52,270 nt of DNA, taken from contig CALMMZ010000181.1 in the NCBI GenBank assembly GCA_937868685.1, positions 1 through 52,270 on the forward strand. The letters run 5' to 3'. The DNA is from an uncultured bacterium. GTDB lineage: Bacteria; Patescibacteriota; Minisyncoccia; Phycocordibacterales; UBA1006. The stretch's first letter is position 1. The number at the start of each line of letters is the position of its first letter. Position numbers and translations under genes: made by a program. Shown here piece by piece: positions 24,388-32,288 of the stretch. The notes beneath the pieces were generated by a model. The model saw only the letters and a list, made by a program, of their open reading frames with translations. It made no database searches and had not been told where the DNA came from.

Positions 24388-26872
24388 CATTTTGAATTGG
24401 AGTTACAATATTTCTTTCCACAACAGGTGTTTTCAAAATGCGTAATTGTGATTCCAAATCTTTAATCTTTTTCTCATAATCAAGTTGACGTCGTTTAAAG
24501 TCACTCGTTACTTCTTGTAGCTTATTGTTATTATTTCGTAAATGATCTTCTAGAGTCTTGATATGTCTTGAACGACCTTCCAATTGAGCTTTCAATTCTT
24601 CTTCTACAATAGCCAATTGAGAATATTTGTCATGTAAACGATGTAATTCTTCTTTTGTTTGAGTATCTTCTTCAGTTGTTTTCCATGTTTTTAACATATT
24701 TTCACGTAAGGTATTATTTTCTTCACACAAGGAAGCTACTTTTCCTCTCAACCCTCCATTCTCTTCCTCCAAAGTTAATGACCTTTGATTAGCAAATTTA
24801 ATGGCTTGATCGGCAGTCTCTTCTTTTTCTTTCAAACTAGACTGAGATTGTTCCAATTCTTTTTCTAAAGTATAAATTCGTTCTTGAATTATGGTTTGAT
24901 TTTGTCGCAAGTTCTCGATTTCCAGTATCTTTTGTCCTAAATCATCCTGGCAATGACGTAAATCATCTTGATATTTATTTGCTTCTGAACGAACTTTTTC
25001 GATTTCAGATTTAACCACGCTAATACCTTTTTGTAATTCAGTGACTAAAGCAGTCTTACTGTCAAGTTCTTCGGCCAATTTTTGGAATTGATCCAATGAT
25101 TCTTCATAATTGGCCGGTGTTAAAGTTGGTTGGACAATGAGATTATATTCTTTCTTGAAATCTTTGACATCAATCCCTTTTTTCTCACAAATGTCAATCA
25201 GACGATTTAAATCGCTGGTCAATGCAGAAATAATGATTTGTTGTGTTGCTAATTTTTCATTTGCCTCGTAAAGCAATCGTTTATATTCTTCAATATTCAT
25301 TTCTAAATTCACCACTGGTTTATTGAGAATAGTTTGTGTAATTGCCCCAAATCTTAGTGTCGACAAGGTTTCTTCATAATTAAATTTAGCTGGTGAACAG
25401 GTGATCACAAGATGAGTTTTACTATTCCCACCCAATGAATCAGTCAAGAGCCGTGTCAACTTTGAATCGCGATAAGGAATAAAAGGTTTCTTTTCAGCCA
25501 AACAGCGAATAACAATACCTAATGTTAATAGAGATTTATTGGTGGCATTGGCCTGCTTGAGTAATAAACCTTCGGCTTTGGTCTTGGCAATTTTTTCTGA
25601 ACCAGCCAAATCGACAAAGACAATACGAGATGTAATCTTTTTTCCTGTTTTCACATCAGTTTGTTGTACGTGCATCACTAAGATTGAATGACTCCGAGAA
25701 GAATGAGCATTTAAAGCGGTTGCGGCGACTGTTCGATTTAATTCACCTTTTCGCATAATTCGGACAGCATCTTCAAAACAATTGACATAAGTCTCGGTTA
25801 CTTCTTCAATCCACAATCCACGAAAGCGATCTTCACGAATTTTAAGATCATCTCTCAAGGGTGCTAATAAATCGCGAATTTTTTCTAAATAAATTTCCAC
25901 ATAAGACATACTTACAAGAAATTCATATCCTTTTTTGTTGCGAATTGCGGTAAAGAGATCTTTAATCAAACGGGGTACCACTCCCATTTCACTTTCTGTT
26001 TTCCATAATTCACCTTCTTGAGAAAGAAGATCGGCATTGTCGACTGCTGCCGCATAACCGGTCATGGTAGTTGTTTTACCTGAATTATGAGTCACAACTC
26101 CATCTGCAAGTAAAAACCTCGCAGGACATCCTTCAATCGGTTTTAATTGAAAACCAGCATATAATCCCATACTCAATTCCTCAAATTGAATGGGGTAGAC
26201 GATCAATTGTTTTTTATGTTGTCTGACACCAAGATATCCACGTGGATTCTTTAAGACTTCTTTCAAGGGGATATCCACAATTTTACCTTGTAATGATAAA
26301 GTTAGAACGTGATCAAGATTGACTGTATAAAAACTTTTACTTTCAGTGTCAATTACTTTGTACATATGAGAAATACCAGTATATAATTTGATTACTTCAC
26401 GAAGATTTCCTTGATCATCTAGTAATTTGTCTTCGATTTTGATATCTCTGGCTTGAATCGGTGAACCATCAGCCAGCATCACTAAAGTATCAGGAGATAA
26501 ACAAGCCGATTGACCGTAAGCGAAAATAGTGGCATTGTACCCTTGAAGAATCTCATGAATTAAGGGTTTTCCCACTGCAGTGTATACTTGTTCCTGAGTC
26601 GCTTTCTCATCAAAGACTTTATCATAGAAATATTTATTTTCTTTGGTTTCTTGTGGGAGATGTACAACATTTCCTTCCAAACGAATCATTCGAGTTGCAC
26701 CATTTTTCAATTCTGTTTCATTACAAGGTCGAAAACGACAAAAAACTTTGACATTTTTGTCTTCAACCGAGGTTTGCTTATCGGGGAGTTTTTCTTTCTC
26801 ACCTTTTGGTTCTCGTGGCGAAAGAACTTTATTTTTTCCCTTCATAAAAAAGAGATTTTCTTTTCTTAACAT
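24380..26872 (-). CDS. kinesin-like motor protein (N-terminal motor, C-terminal coiled coil) interrupted by a mini-intein
   Basis: 830 aa. VKVFCRFRP, IFAYGQSA[140-aa insert]SGKTTTM (P-loop), NAHSSRSHS (switch I), VDLAGSEK (switch II), YRDSKLTRLL. Residues from about 540 onward are heptad-rich (Glu/Leu/Lys/Gln). Confidence 0.9.
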   Translation of the reverse strand: MLRKENLFFMKGKNKVLSPREPKGEKEKLPDKQTSVEDKNVKVFCRFRPCNETELKNGATRMIRLEGNVVHLPQETKENKYFYDKVFDEKATQEQVYTAVGKPLIHEILQGYNATIFAYGQSACLSPDTLVMLADGSPIQARDIKIEDKLLDDQGNLREVIKLYTGISHMYKVIDTESKSFYTVNLDHVLTLSLQGKIVDIPLKEVLKNPRGYLGVRQHKKQLIVYPIQFEELSMGLYAGFQLKPIEGCPARFLLADGVVTHNSGKTTTMTGYAAAVDNADLLSQEGELWKTESEMGVVPRLIKDLFTAIRNKKGYEFLVSMSYVEIYLEKIRDLLAPLRDDLKIREDRFRGLWIEEVTETYVNCFEDAVRIMRKGELNRTVAATALNAHSSRSHSILVMHVQQTDVKTGKKITSRIVFVDLAGSEKIAKTKAEGLLLKQANATNKSLLTLGIVIRCLAEKKPFIPYRDSKLTRLLTDSLGGNSKTHLVITCSPAKFNYEETLSTLRFGAITQTILNKPVVNLEMNIEEYKRLLYEANEKLATQQIIISALTSDLNRLIDICEKKGIDVKDFKKEYNLIVQPTLTPANYEESLDQFQKLAEELDSKTALVTELQKGISVVKSEIEKVRSEANKYQDDLRHCQDDLGQKILEIENLRQNQTIIQERIYTLEKELEQSQSSLKEKEETADQAIKFANQRSLTLEEENGGLRGKVASLCEENNTLRENMLKTWKTTEEDTQTKEELHRLHDKYSQLAIVEEELKAQLEGRSRHIKTLEDHLRNNNNKLQEVTSDFKRRQLDYEKKIKDLESQLRILKTPVVERNIVTPIQNEN
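26084..26503 (-). mobile_element. mini-intein (140 aa, no homing-endonuclease domain) inside the kinesin P-loop
   Basis: Residues 124-263 of the kinesin ORF. Starts CLSPDTLVMLADGSPI (block-A-like, Cys1). Has NLDH (block-B-like). Ends FLLADGVVTHN, followed by Ser (+1). Removing it restores GQSASGKTTTM. Confidence 0.8.
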
Positions 26873-26895
26873 TTTGAAAAAAATAAAAGTTCTTC

Positions 26896-27306
26896 ATGGA
26901 ATTTCTCGAACGAAATCGAAATTTGGCCGATCAATCACGCTTTGCTGAGGCAATGCGAAAAATTCAACAAAAAAGTCTGGAAGAAAGACGGGCAGAATGT
27001 AAAAGAATTTTCGTCAAAAAGCCTTCTAATATTCCAGTAATCGTGATTCCCGCCAAAGGAATTCAACTCGACAAGTTGAAATACATTTGTGACAATGATA
27101 TGACGATAGAAAAATTAAACTATGTGATTGTCAGGCGAATTATTTCTTCTACACCAGTGCCTGAAAGAGCCTACTTTTTTATTACCGAGGATAAACAAAT
27201 TCCACCAACTGATATGTTAATTCGAGACCTCTATCGTAAACAAAAAAATGAAGATTTTACTCTCCATCTTTACTTAATTGGTGAAGATACTTTTGGTTGT
27301 GATTAA
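26896..27306 (+). CDS. Atg8/LC3/GABARAP-family ubiquitin-like protein
   Basis: 136 aa. Collinear with Atg8/GABARAP: SLEERRAECKRIFVKKPSNIPVIV (compare [23 protein letters not shown]), LDKLKYICDNDMTIEKLNYVIVRRI (compare [25 protein letters not shown]), AYFFITEDKQIPPTDMLIRDLYRKQKNEDFTLHLYLIGEDTFG-CD (compare [42 protein letters not shown]). Confidence 0.85.
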   Translation: MEFLERNRNLADQSRFAEAMRKIQQKSLEERRAECKRIFVKKPSNIPVIVIPAKGIQLDKLKYICDNDMTIEKLNYVIVRRIISSTPVPERAYFFITEDKQIPPTDMLIRDLYRKQKNEDFTLHLYLIGEDTFGCD

Positions 27307-27328
27307 AAAGTTTTTCTCCCTTTCAAAG

Positions 27329-28108
27329 ATGAACATTCAAGCAGTCTGGCAAGATTTTCAAAACAACAACGACCGTTATCGTCAATTGTTAAATAAATTT
27401 GAAATTAATATTCCCCCCGATGTGAAGTCTCTCGAATCGTTTCGCCAATGGGTGGCAGTTGATCCTATGCCTCCATCAGAAAAAAGATTTAAAGTTTTAA
27501 CTCAACCCGAAGATGAAAAATCCTTAATTCCTCGAGCAACTGCTCGTGTAAATGAAATTCAAGAAGCAACCAAGCGAAGAGCTTTTGACGATGGTTTATA
27601 TTTGGATTATGGCTGTAGTGATGGAAAAATGACTCTTGAAATTGCAAAAAAGTTAAACATTCCGTACAACAACGTATACGGAGTTGATAAAGCTGAATTC
27701 ACTGGAGTTGAAATTAAACCAGTCCTTGATAAAGCTAATTTTATACTACTTGATCGAGAAAGTGGTGTACTCCCTTTTGGTAATGAGAGATTTGATCTGA
27801 TTTCAGCTTTTCAAGTCTTACATCATATTCGAAATCCTGAACCAGTAATCAGAGATCTCGTTCGCATTTTGAAGAAGGATGGCATTTTTCTGTTACGCGA
27901 GCATGATGCGCAACCAGAAGATCATCGTTTAATTGATTTTGAACATTTGATTTATCCTCATTCCAACATCGAGACCAATTACATTGGTAATTATCATTCT
28001 TCCGTCGAATGGGATGCTTGGTTGATTAAAGCAGGTTTAATTCCAATCGGATTTACCTTTACAAAAGGACAAACCTTTTATTATATGAAAGCTTACACTA
28101 AAAAATAA
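27329..28108 (+). CDS. class-I SAM-dependent methyltransferase
   Basis: ATG 27329. Motif I YLDYGCSDGKMT, and FDLISAFQVLHHIRNPEPVIRDLVRILKKDGIFLL (Methyltransf_11-like). Confidence 0.7.
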   Translation: MNIQAVWQDFQNNNDRYRQLLNKFEINIPPDVKSLESFRQWVAVDPMPPSEKRFKVLTQPEDEKSLIPRATARVNEIQEATKRRAFDDGLYLDYGCSDGKMTLEIAKKLNIPYNNVYGVDKAEFTGVEIKPVLDKANFILLDRESGVLPFGNERFDLISAFQVLHHIRNPEPVIRDLVRILKKDGIFLLREHDAQPEDHRLIDFEHLIYPHSNIETNYIGNYHSSVEWDAWLIKAGLIPIGFTFTKGQTFYYMKAYTKK

Positions 28109-28130
28109 TTAAGTTTCCGCGGAAACTTAA
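28109..28130. terminator. intergenic palindromic hairpin shared by convergent genes
   Basis: Perfect 22-nt palindrome ttaagtttccgcggaaacttaa spanning the gap between stops 28108(+) and 28127(-). Confidence 0.6.
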
Positions 28131-28888
28131 TGAATGAGACGAGAGCGAATATCCTTCCAAATTAAAGTTGGATAGATGACACATGTTGTGTGAGCTCCTT
28201 CGCAGATAACTAGATTTACTTGAGGAATTTCTGCAATTCCATACTCAGGCGGAACATGAAAGTCATAACGGCTGACTACACAACAATAGTTATGTTTCGA
28301 CTGTTTTAATTTCTCTCTTAATGAAGAAATAATATTACAATCTGGATGCATTGCAAGATATCTTTTTTCTTTGAAAGGAAGAAAACGTAAAGCGGGAGCT
28401 CCTTGTAAAGGTGCATTCAAGGTGATTACTTTAGTATTATAAGGAATCGTATGTTCGGCCATCCATGCTGCTAACAATCCTCCCATTGATGTTCCTATCA
28501 AAGCAGAAATACGAATTCGGTTATCAATCAAGAGAGAAATTAATCGATCAAGAAAGCGGACATAATCATCAAAGGATAAATCTTTCCGAGATAAATTAGG
28601 CAAGATAATTGAATGTTGTGGAAAAGTTAAGCGAAACTCAGGTATTGAATATCTCCATTGTTGTGGACAACTTGAACTTCCATGAATGGCAATTACAACT
28701 GAATCAGACAATGGACGATCGGGAAAAGAAGTAAAATTTTCCGCGTCAACTTCTAGCACATCGTCATCATCAAATTTCTTTTGACGACAGCGGAGACACA
28801 AGTAATACAATTTAATAGGAATTTCTGAAATTTCATGCCAAATTCCTCGCCAACTTAAATGTTGACGAGAAAATTGAAAGAAGCTCAT
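28127..28888 (-). CDS. alpha/beta-hydrolase (lipase/esterase-like)
   Basis: ATG 28888. VVIAIHGSSS (oxyanion-hole-like HG) and nucleophile elbow LIGTSMGGLLAAW (G-x-S-x-G). Confidence 0.6.
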   Translation of the reverse strand: MSFFQFSRQHLSWRGIWHEISEIPIKLYYLCLRCRQKKFDDDDVLEVDAENFTSFPDRPLSDSVVIAIHGSSSCPQQWRYSIPEFRLTFPQHSIILPNLSRKDLSFDDYVRFLDRLISLLIDNRIRISALIGTSMGGLLAAWMAEHTIPYNTKVITLNAPLQGAPALRFLPFKEKRYLAMHPDCNIISSLREKLKQSKHNYCCVVSRYDFHVPPEYGIAEIPQVNLVICEGAHTTCVIYPTLIWKDIRSRLIH

Positions 28889-28918
28889 CTTTAACAAACA
28901 AAAATTAAGTTTTAAATC

Positions 28919-30319
28919 ATGGACCGAGATGATGCTTTTTTGTCAAAAGCTTTACAGCGAAACATAAAACGGAGATATTTGTTTCCTCCCAAAGTGCCAC
29001 CTGTTTTTACATCTCGTGAAGAACGAATAACATATATTTTAGAAATTTATGGTTATATGACATTGCGAAAAAACGATTTTCCCTACGCCGCTGCAATTCA
29101 ATCTATCTGCTACAGCGATACTTTACCTTCAATTGACCGTGAGCTTCTCTTTGGATGTATTGGAATGGGCATTTGTTTGGAAGAAGCTTCGTTGGATGAT
29201 TGTTATTTATATGAAATTTTCTTGGCATCAGGCCATTCCTTCGACGAAGAGGGTAATGAAAAATTTCGTTTGACCCTTAAAGCTATTGATCAATTTCCCA
29301 ACATCTATCTTGAAACACCAGATCGAATGTTATCCCTGTTTTGGAAGGATTATCTTTCACTTGAAATGTATCAAAAAATTTTACTTCATTTATGCCATCA
29401 TCCCTTTGAGGGGAAGAAAACTGCACTTCCCTTCTTACAAGAACGGGAGATTCAACCTTTTCTTTCCTTTGAAAAAATTGTAGAAAAAAAGATACCACGT
29501 TGGAAATTTCTCCCTCATCAAGAAGACGACAGTCTTTATCAAGGTGCTCATTCACAAACTAGAAGATGGGTCTCAGCAGAAGATCCCGAAACTTACATTG
29601 TCAAAACTTATGGTAATCAACTTGAAATGGAGGCGGGCATTCGAGAACTTTATTCTTTAACTATTTTTGATCATCCAAATATTGTCAAGTGTCATGGTTG
29701 GTCTATTTCCGAGGATTTTACTCAAATTCAATTTTTCTTGGAAGATGGTGGAGAAGAAATTGATTGTCGTTACACCACTTTAAAATGGTTGAAGAAATAT
29801 ACACCTCAGATTTTAAGAGCTCTCCGTCATATTCACACTCGAGGATTTGCTTACCGTGATTTGAAAACTCCCAATCTTGTCTTTCGTCGTGGTAAAATTA
29901 CATTAATCGATTTTGGCATGGTTCGTCGAACAAATTGTGTTGGTGGAAGTCCTTACATGATGTCTTTTGCAATTGGACCCGCGGAAATCTTTGCAGGAAG
30001 TTGCATTTATTGGGGAGCAGTTGATATCTGGTCATTGGGTATGTTACTTTATGTTTTAACACAAAAGAAGTATCCACTTGGAGTAAAAGGAATGGCCTCT
30101 TATCGGGGAAAATATTTATATACTAAAGCTTTTCTTGAACAATTAACACCAGAAGAAGAACTTGAATTTAAGCAGATGAAGAAAAATAATACATCTTTAA
30201 TAATTGACGGAAAAGTGTCTGATATTCAAAATCAAAAATTAAGAGCTTTGATTAAACGATGTTTTTCCGCCAGAGCACCTTCGGCAGGTGAATTATTGCA
30301 AGATCCTTTCTTTGAATAA
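28919..30319 (+). CDS. cyclin-box-like N-terminal domain fused to a Ser/Thr protein kinase
   Basis: 466 aa. N-terminal SREERITYILEIYGYM ... FRLTLKAIDQFPNIYLETPDRMLSLFW (cyclin-box-like L-x-F-x-L-x-x-P-T-P-x-x-F-L pattern). Kinase motifs: IHTRGFAYRDLKTPNLVF, LIDFGMVRR, VDIWSLGMLLYVL. Confidence 0.75.
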   Translation: MDRDDAFLSKALQRNIKRRYLFPPKVPPVFTSREERITYILEIYGYMTLRKNDFPYAAAIQSICYSDTLPSIDRELLFGCIGMGICLEEASLDDCYLYEIFLASGHSFDEEGNEKFRLTLKAIDQFPNIYLETPDRMLSLFWKDYLSLEMYQKILLHLCHHPFEGKKTALPFLQEREIQPFLSFEKIVEKKIPRWKFLPHQEDDSLYQGAHSQTRRWVSAEDPETYIVKTYGNQLEMEAGIRELYSLTIFDHPNIVKCHGWSISEDFTQIQFFLEDGGEEIDCRYTTLKWLKKYTPQILRALRHIHTRGFAYRDLKTPNLVFRRGKITLIDFGMVRRTNCVGGSPYMMSFAIGPAEIFAGSCIYWGAVDIWSLGMLLYVLTQKKYPLGVKGMASYRGKYLYTKAFLEQLTPEEELEFKQMKKNNTSLIIDGKVSDIQNQKLRALIKRCFSARAPSAGELLQDPFFE

Positions 30320-30338
30320 TTTCTGAAAAGAAATTATT

Positions 30339-30830
30339 TTAAGCATTTCGAAGTTGATTTAGAAGAGATACAGTAATGGGAGGATGATTTTTCTTTTCGG
30401 CAAAGGCTAAAATATCCTTTCTTCTTTGTTCAAATTGTTCAAGTTTATAAGAAGTATATTTTGCATCGAGAAAGTTATCCAGAAAGTCTGCCACTTTAAT
30501 CATAAAACCATAAACTGACAAAGATTCCAATTTTATTTTCATATATTCAATCTTATTCAGTTGGTTTATTTTTGATTGATCATTTGTTAACTCCTTGACT
30601 AATAAGGAAATTTGTTGATTAAAAGTTTCTTCTAATTCTTCTGGAGTGGTTTTCGTATCTTCCAAAGTATCATGAAGTAAAGCTGCCGCTAAAATGTCTT
30701 CATTTTGCATTCCATGTTGACGAAGTAAACTAGCAACTGAACAACAGTGGACAATATAAGGCAAATGTGTAACTTTACGCTGTTGATCTTTATGTTTGTG
30801 GAGAATAAATGTAAGAGCTTTGGTGAACAT
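30339..30830 (-). CDS. MESH1/SpoT-type HD-domain hydrolase ((p)ppGpp hydrolase-like)
   Basis: ATG 30830. ALTFILHKHKDQQRKVTHLPYIVHCCSVASLL ... ILAAALLHDTLEDTKTTPEELEETF ... LVKELTND is collinear with MESH1 AADFAARKHRQQRRK..PYINHPIGVARIL...AALLHDTVEDTDTT...LVEEVTDD. H-D-x-x-E-D signature present. Confidence 0.8.
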   Translation of the reverse strand: MFTKALTFILHKHKDQQRKVTHLPYIVHCCSVASLLRQHGMQNEDILAAALLHDTLEDTKTTPEELEETFNQQISLLVKELTNDQSKINQLNKIEYMKIKLESLSVYGFMIKVADFLDNFLDAKYTSYKLEQFEQRRKDILAFAEKKNHPPITVSLLNQLRNA

Positions 30831-30867
30831 AAAAATGATTTTACTTTTTGGAAGAAAACTGTTAGAA

Positions 30868-30875
30868 TCAATTTT
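30868..30875 (-). promoter_or_regulatory. AAAATTGA early-promoter-like motif
   Basis: TCAATTTT in the 46-bp divergent spacer. Lies upstream of minus-strand ATG 30830. Confidence 0.5.
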
Positions 30876-30876
30876 T

Positions 30877-32241
30877 ATGGAGTCACACTTCTTTTCTTTC
30901 AAAAAAGAAACTCTGAGTCCTCCAGAAAGGACCGAGGGTATTGAGTATATTCTCAAGGTCTGCGATGAATACAAAATGAATGTTTATACATCTTTGATGG
31001 CTATTGAATTTTTTGACCTTCTTTCATTCAAAATGAAAGAAAAAGATACTGTTCCCTTTGTTTGTGTTTACTTAGCTTTTCTCTTTCGTGGCTCTGAAAA
31101 TCAAAACTTTTTAAATGGTCCAGAGTGTATCAAATATGAAGAAGAATTGTCTTCTTTGTGTTTTGAAGTAGTAGCTTCATTCAAAGGACCTATTTTTAGA
31201 CCTACTGCAATGAGATGTTTATCACTCTTCTTACAAAGAAATTGTACTTCCTTTGAAGAGAATATGATCCTGCTAGGTTATTTGAAACAAAAAGTTACTT
31301 CTTGTCAAGAGATCTGTGAACTCGTCTCTCCCCTCTTACCCGAAGAAAAGAGAGTATCATTTTCCACTTTTGTAGAAAATGAAATAAAACAAACTTCCTC
31401 GAAACCCTTTTACCGGAAATACAGTCCAGGAAAAAGAATTTGTTGTCTAGGTGAAGGGGCTCATGCGAAAGTTTATTGTTGTTTGGAAGATGAAACAACT
31501 AAAATATACACTGCTGTCAAAGTCTATAACATTGGTGAGGGAGAAGAATTGAACGCACTTCGAGAAATTGCGTTGTTAAGTTCGGTATCTCATCCTTCAA
31601 TTGTGCCATTTTTTGGTTGGAGTTTTGAACCGAAAGATCAAAAAGTTTACCTTTATTTGGGACAGGGATATAGGGTGCCTCCTCATGATCTCTCTGAAAA
31701 ATGGATTCAACAATATGGTTATGAAATATTGCAAGCGATTGATTATCTTCATCAAAGAGGATTTGTCCATCGCGATTTAAAACGAACGAATGTAGTTTAT
31801 TCAGATGACAAAAAGCATGTCTGGTTGATTGATTTTGGTATTTCTCGTGAAGAACAAGCTCATGGAATGAGTGCAAAAATGGCCCCTCAAATTTTAATGC
31901 CTCCTGAAATGATTGAAAATTTAGATTATGATGCCTCGATTGATATTTGGCAACTCGGGCTCTTTTTTGCCGGAAGTATTACCAAAGACGAATCTTTTCC
32001 CTCGGCATTGACTGATACAGATTTAACTTATCAATTGTTTTATTTTAAAAACAATCTTTTGATTCACGAAAATTCTTACCGACCTACATATCGACTCTCC
32101 AATATTGTCAATCCTACTTTGAGAGACTTTATTGCTCGTTGTCTTACCGATTATTACCTTCAAAGACCAAAAAGTCATGAATTACTTTCACATCCTTTCT
32201 TTAAAAGTTCGATTCCAGAAAGATCTCTCAAAGACATTTAA
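30877..32241 (+). CDS. cyclin-box-like N-terminal domain fused to a Ser/Thr protein kinase
   Basis: ATG 30877 avoids most of the overlap with the divergent HD gene. N-terminal PPERTEGIEYILKVCDEYKMNVYTSLMAIEFFDLLSF ... EEELSSLCFEVVASFKGPIFRPTAMRCLSLFL (cyclin-box-like). Kinase motifs: LGEGAHAKVY, AVKVY, LHQRGFVHRDLKRTNVVY, LIDFGISRE, IDIWQLGLFF. Confidence 0.8.
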   Translation: MESHFFSFKKETLSPPERTEGIEYILKVCDEYKMNVYTSLMAIEFFDLLSFKMKEKDTVPFVCVYLAFLFRGSENQNFLNGPECIKYEEELSSLCFEVVASFKGPIFRPTAMRCLSLFLQRNCTSFEENMILLGYLKQKVTSCQEICELVSPLLPEEKRVSFSTFVENEIKQTSSKPFYRKYSPGKRICCLGEGAHAKVYCCLEDETTKIYTAVKVYNIGEGEELNALREIALLSSVSHPSIVPFFGWSFEPKDQKVYLYLGQGYRVPPHDLSEKWIQQYGYEILQAIDYLHQRGFVHRDLKRTNVVYSDDKKHVWLIDFGISREEQAHGMSAKMAPQILMPPEMIENLDYDASIDIWQLGLFFAGSITKDESFPSALTDTDLTYQLFYFKNNLLIHENSYRPTYRLSNIVNPTLRDFIARCLTDYYLQRPKSHELLSHPFFKSSIPERSLKDI

Positions 32242-32248
32242 AAATTGA
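32241..32248 (+). promoter_or_regulatory. AAAATTGA early-promoter-like motif
   Basis: Exact AAAATTGATTTC starting in the stop codon of the upstream kinase gene. Lies upstream of ATG 32289. Confidence 0.55.
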
Positions 32249-32272
32249 TTTCTTTTCTCGCGGGAAAAGAAA
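32249..32272. terminator. intergenic palindromic hairpin
   Basis: Arm tttcttttc, loop tcgcgg, arm gaaaagaaa, after the kinase stop at 32241. Confidence 0.5.
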
Positions 32273-32288
32273 AAGTATTTTATTTCCC

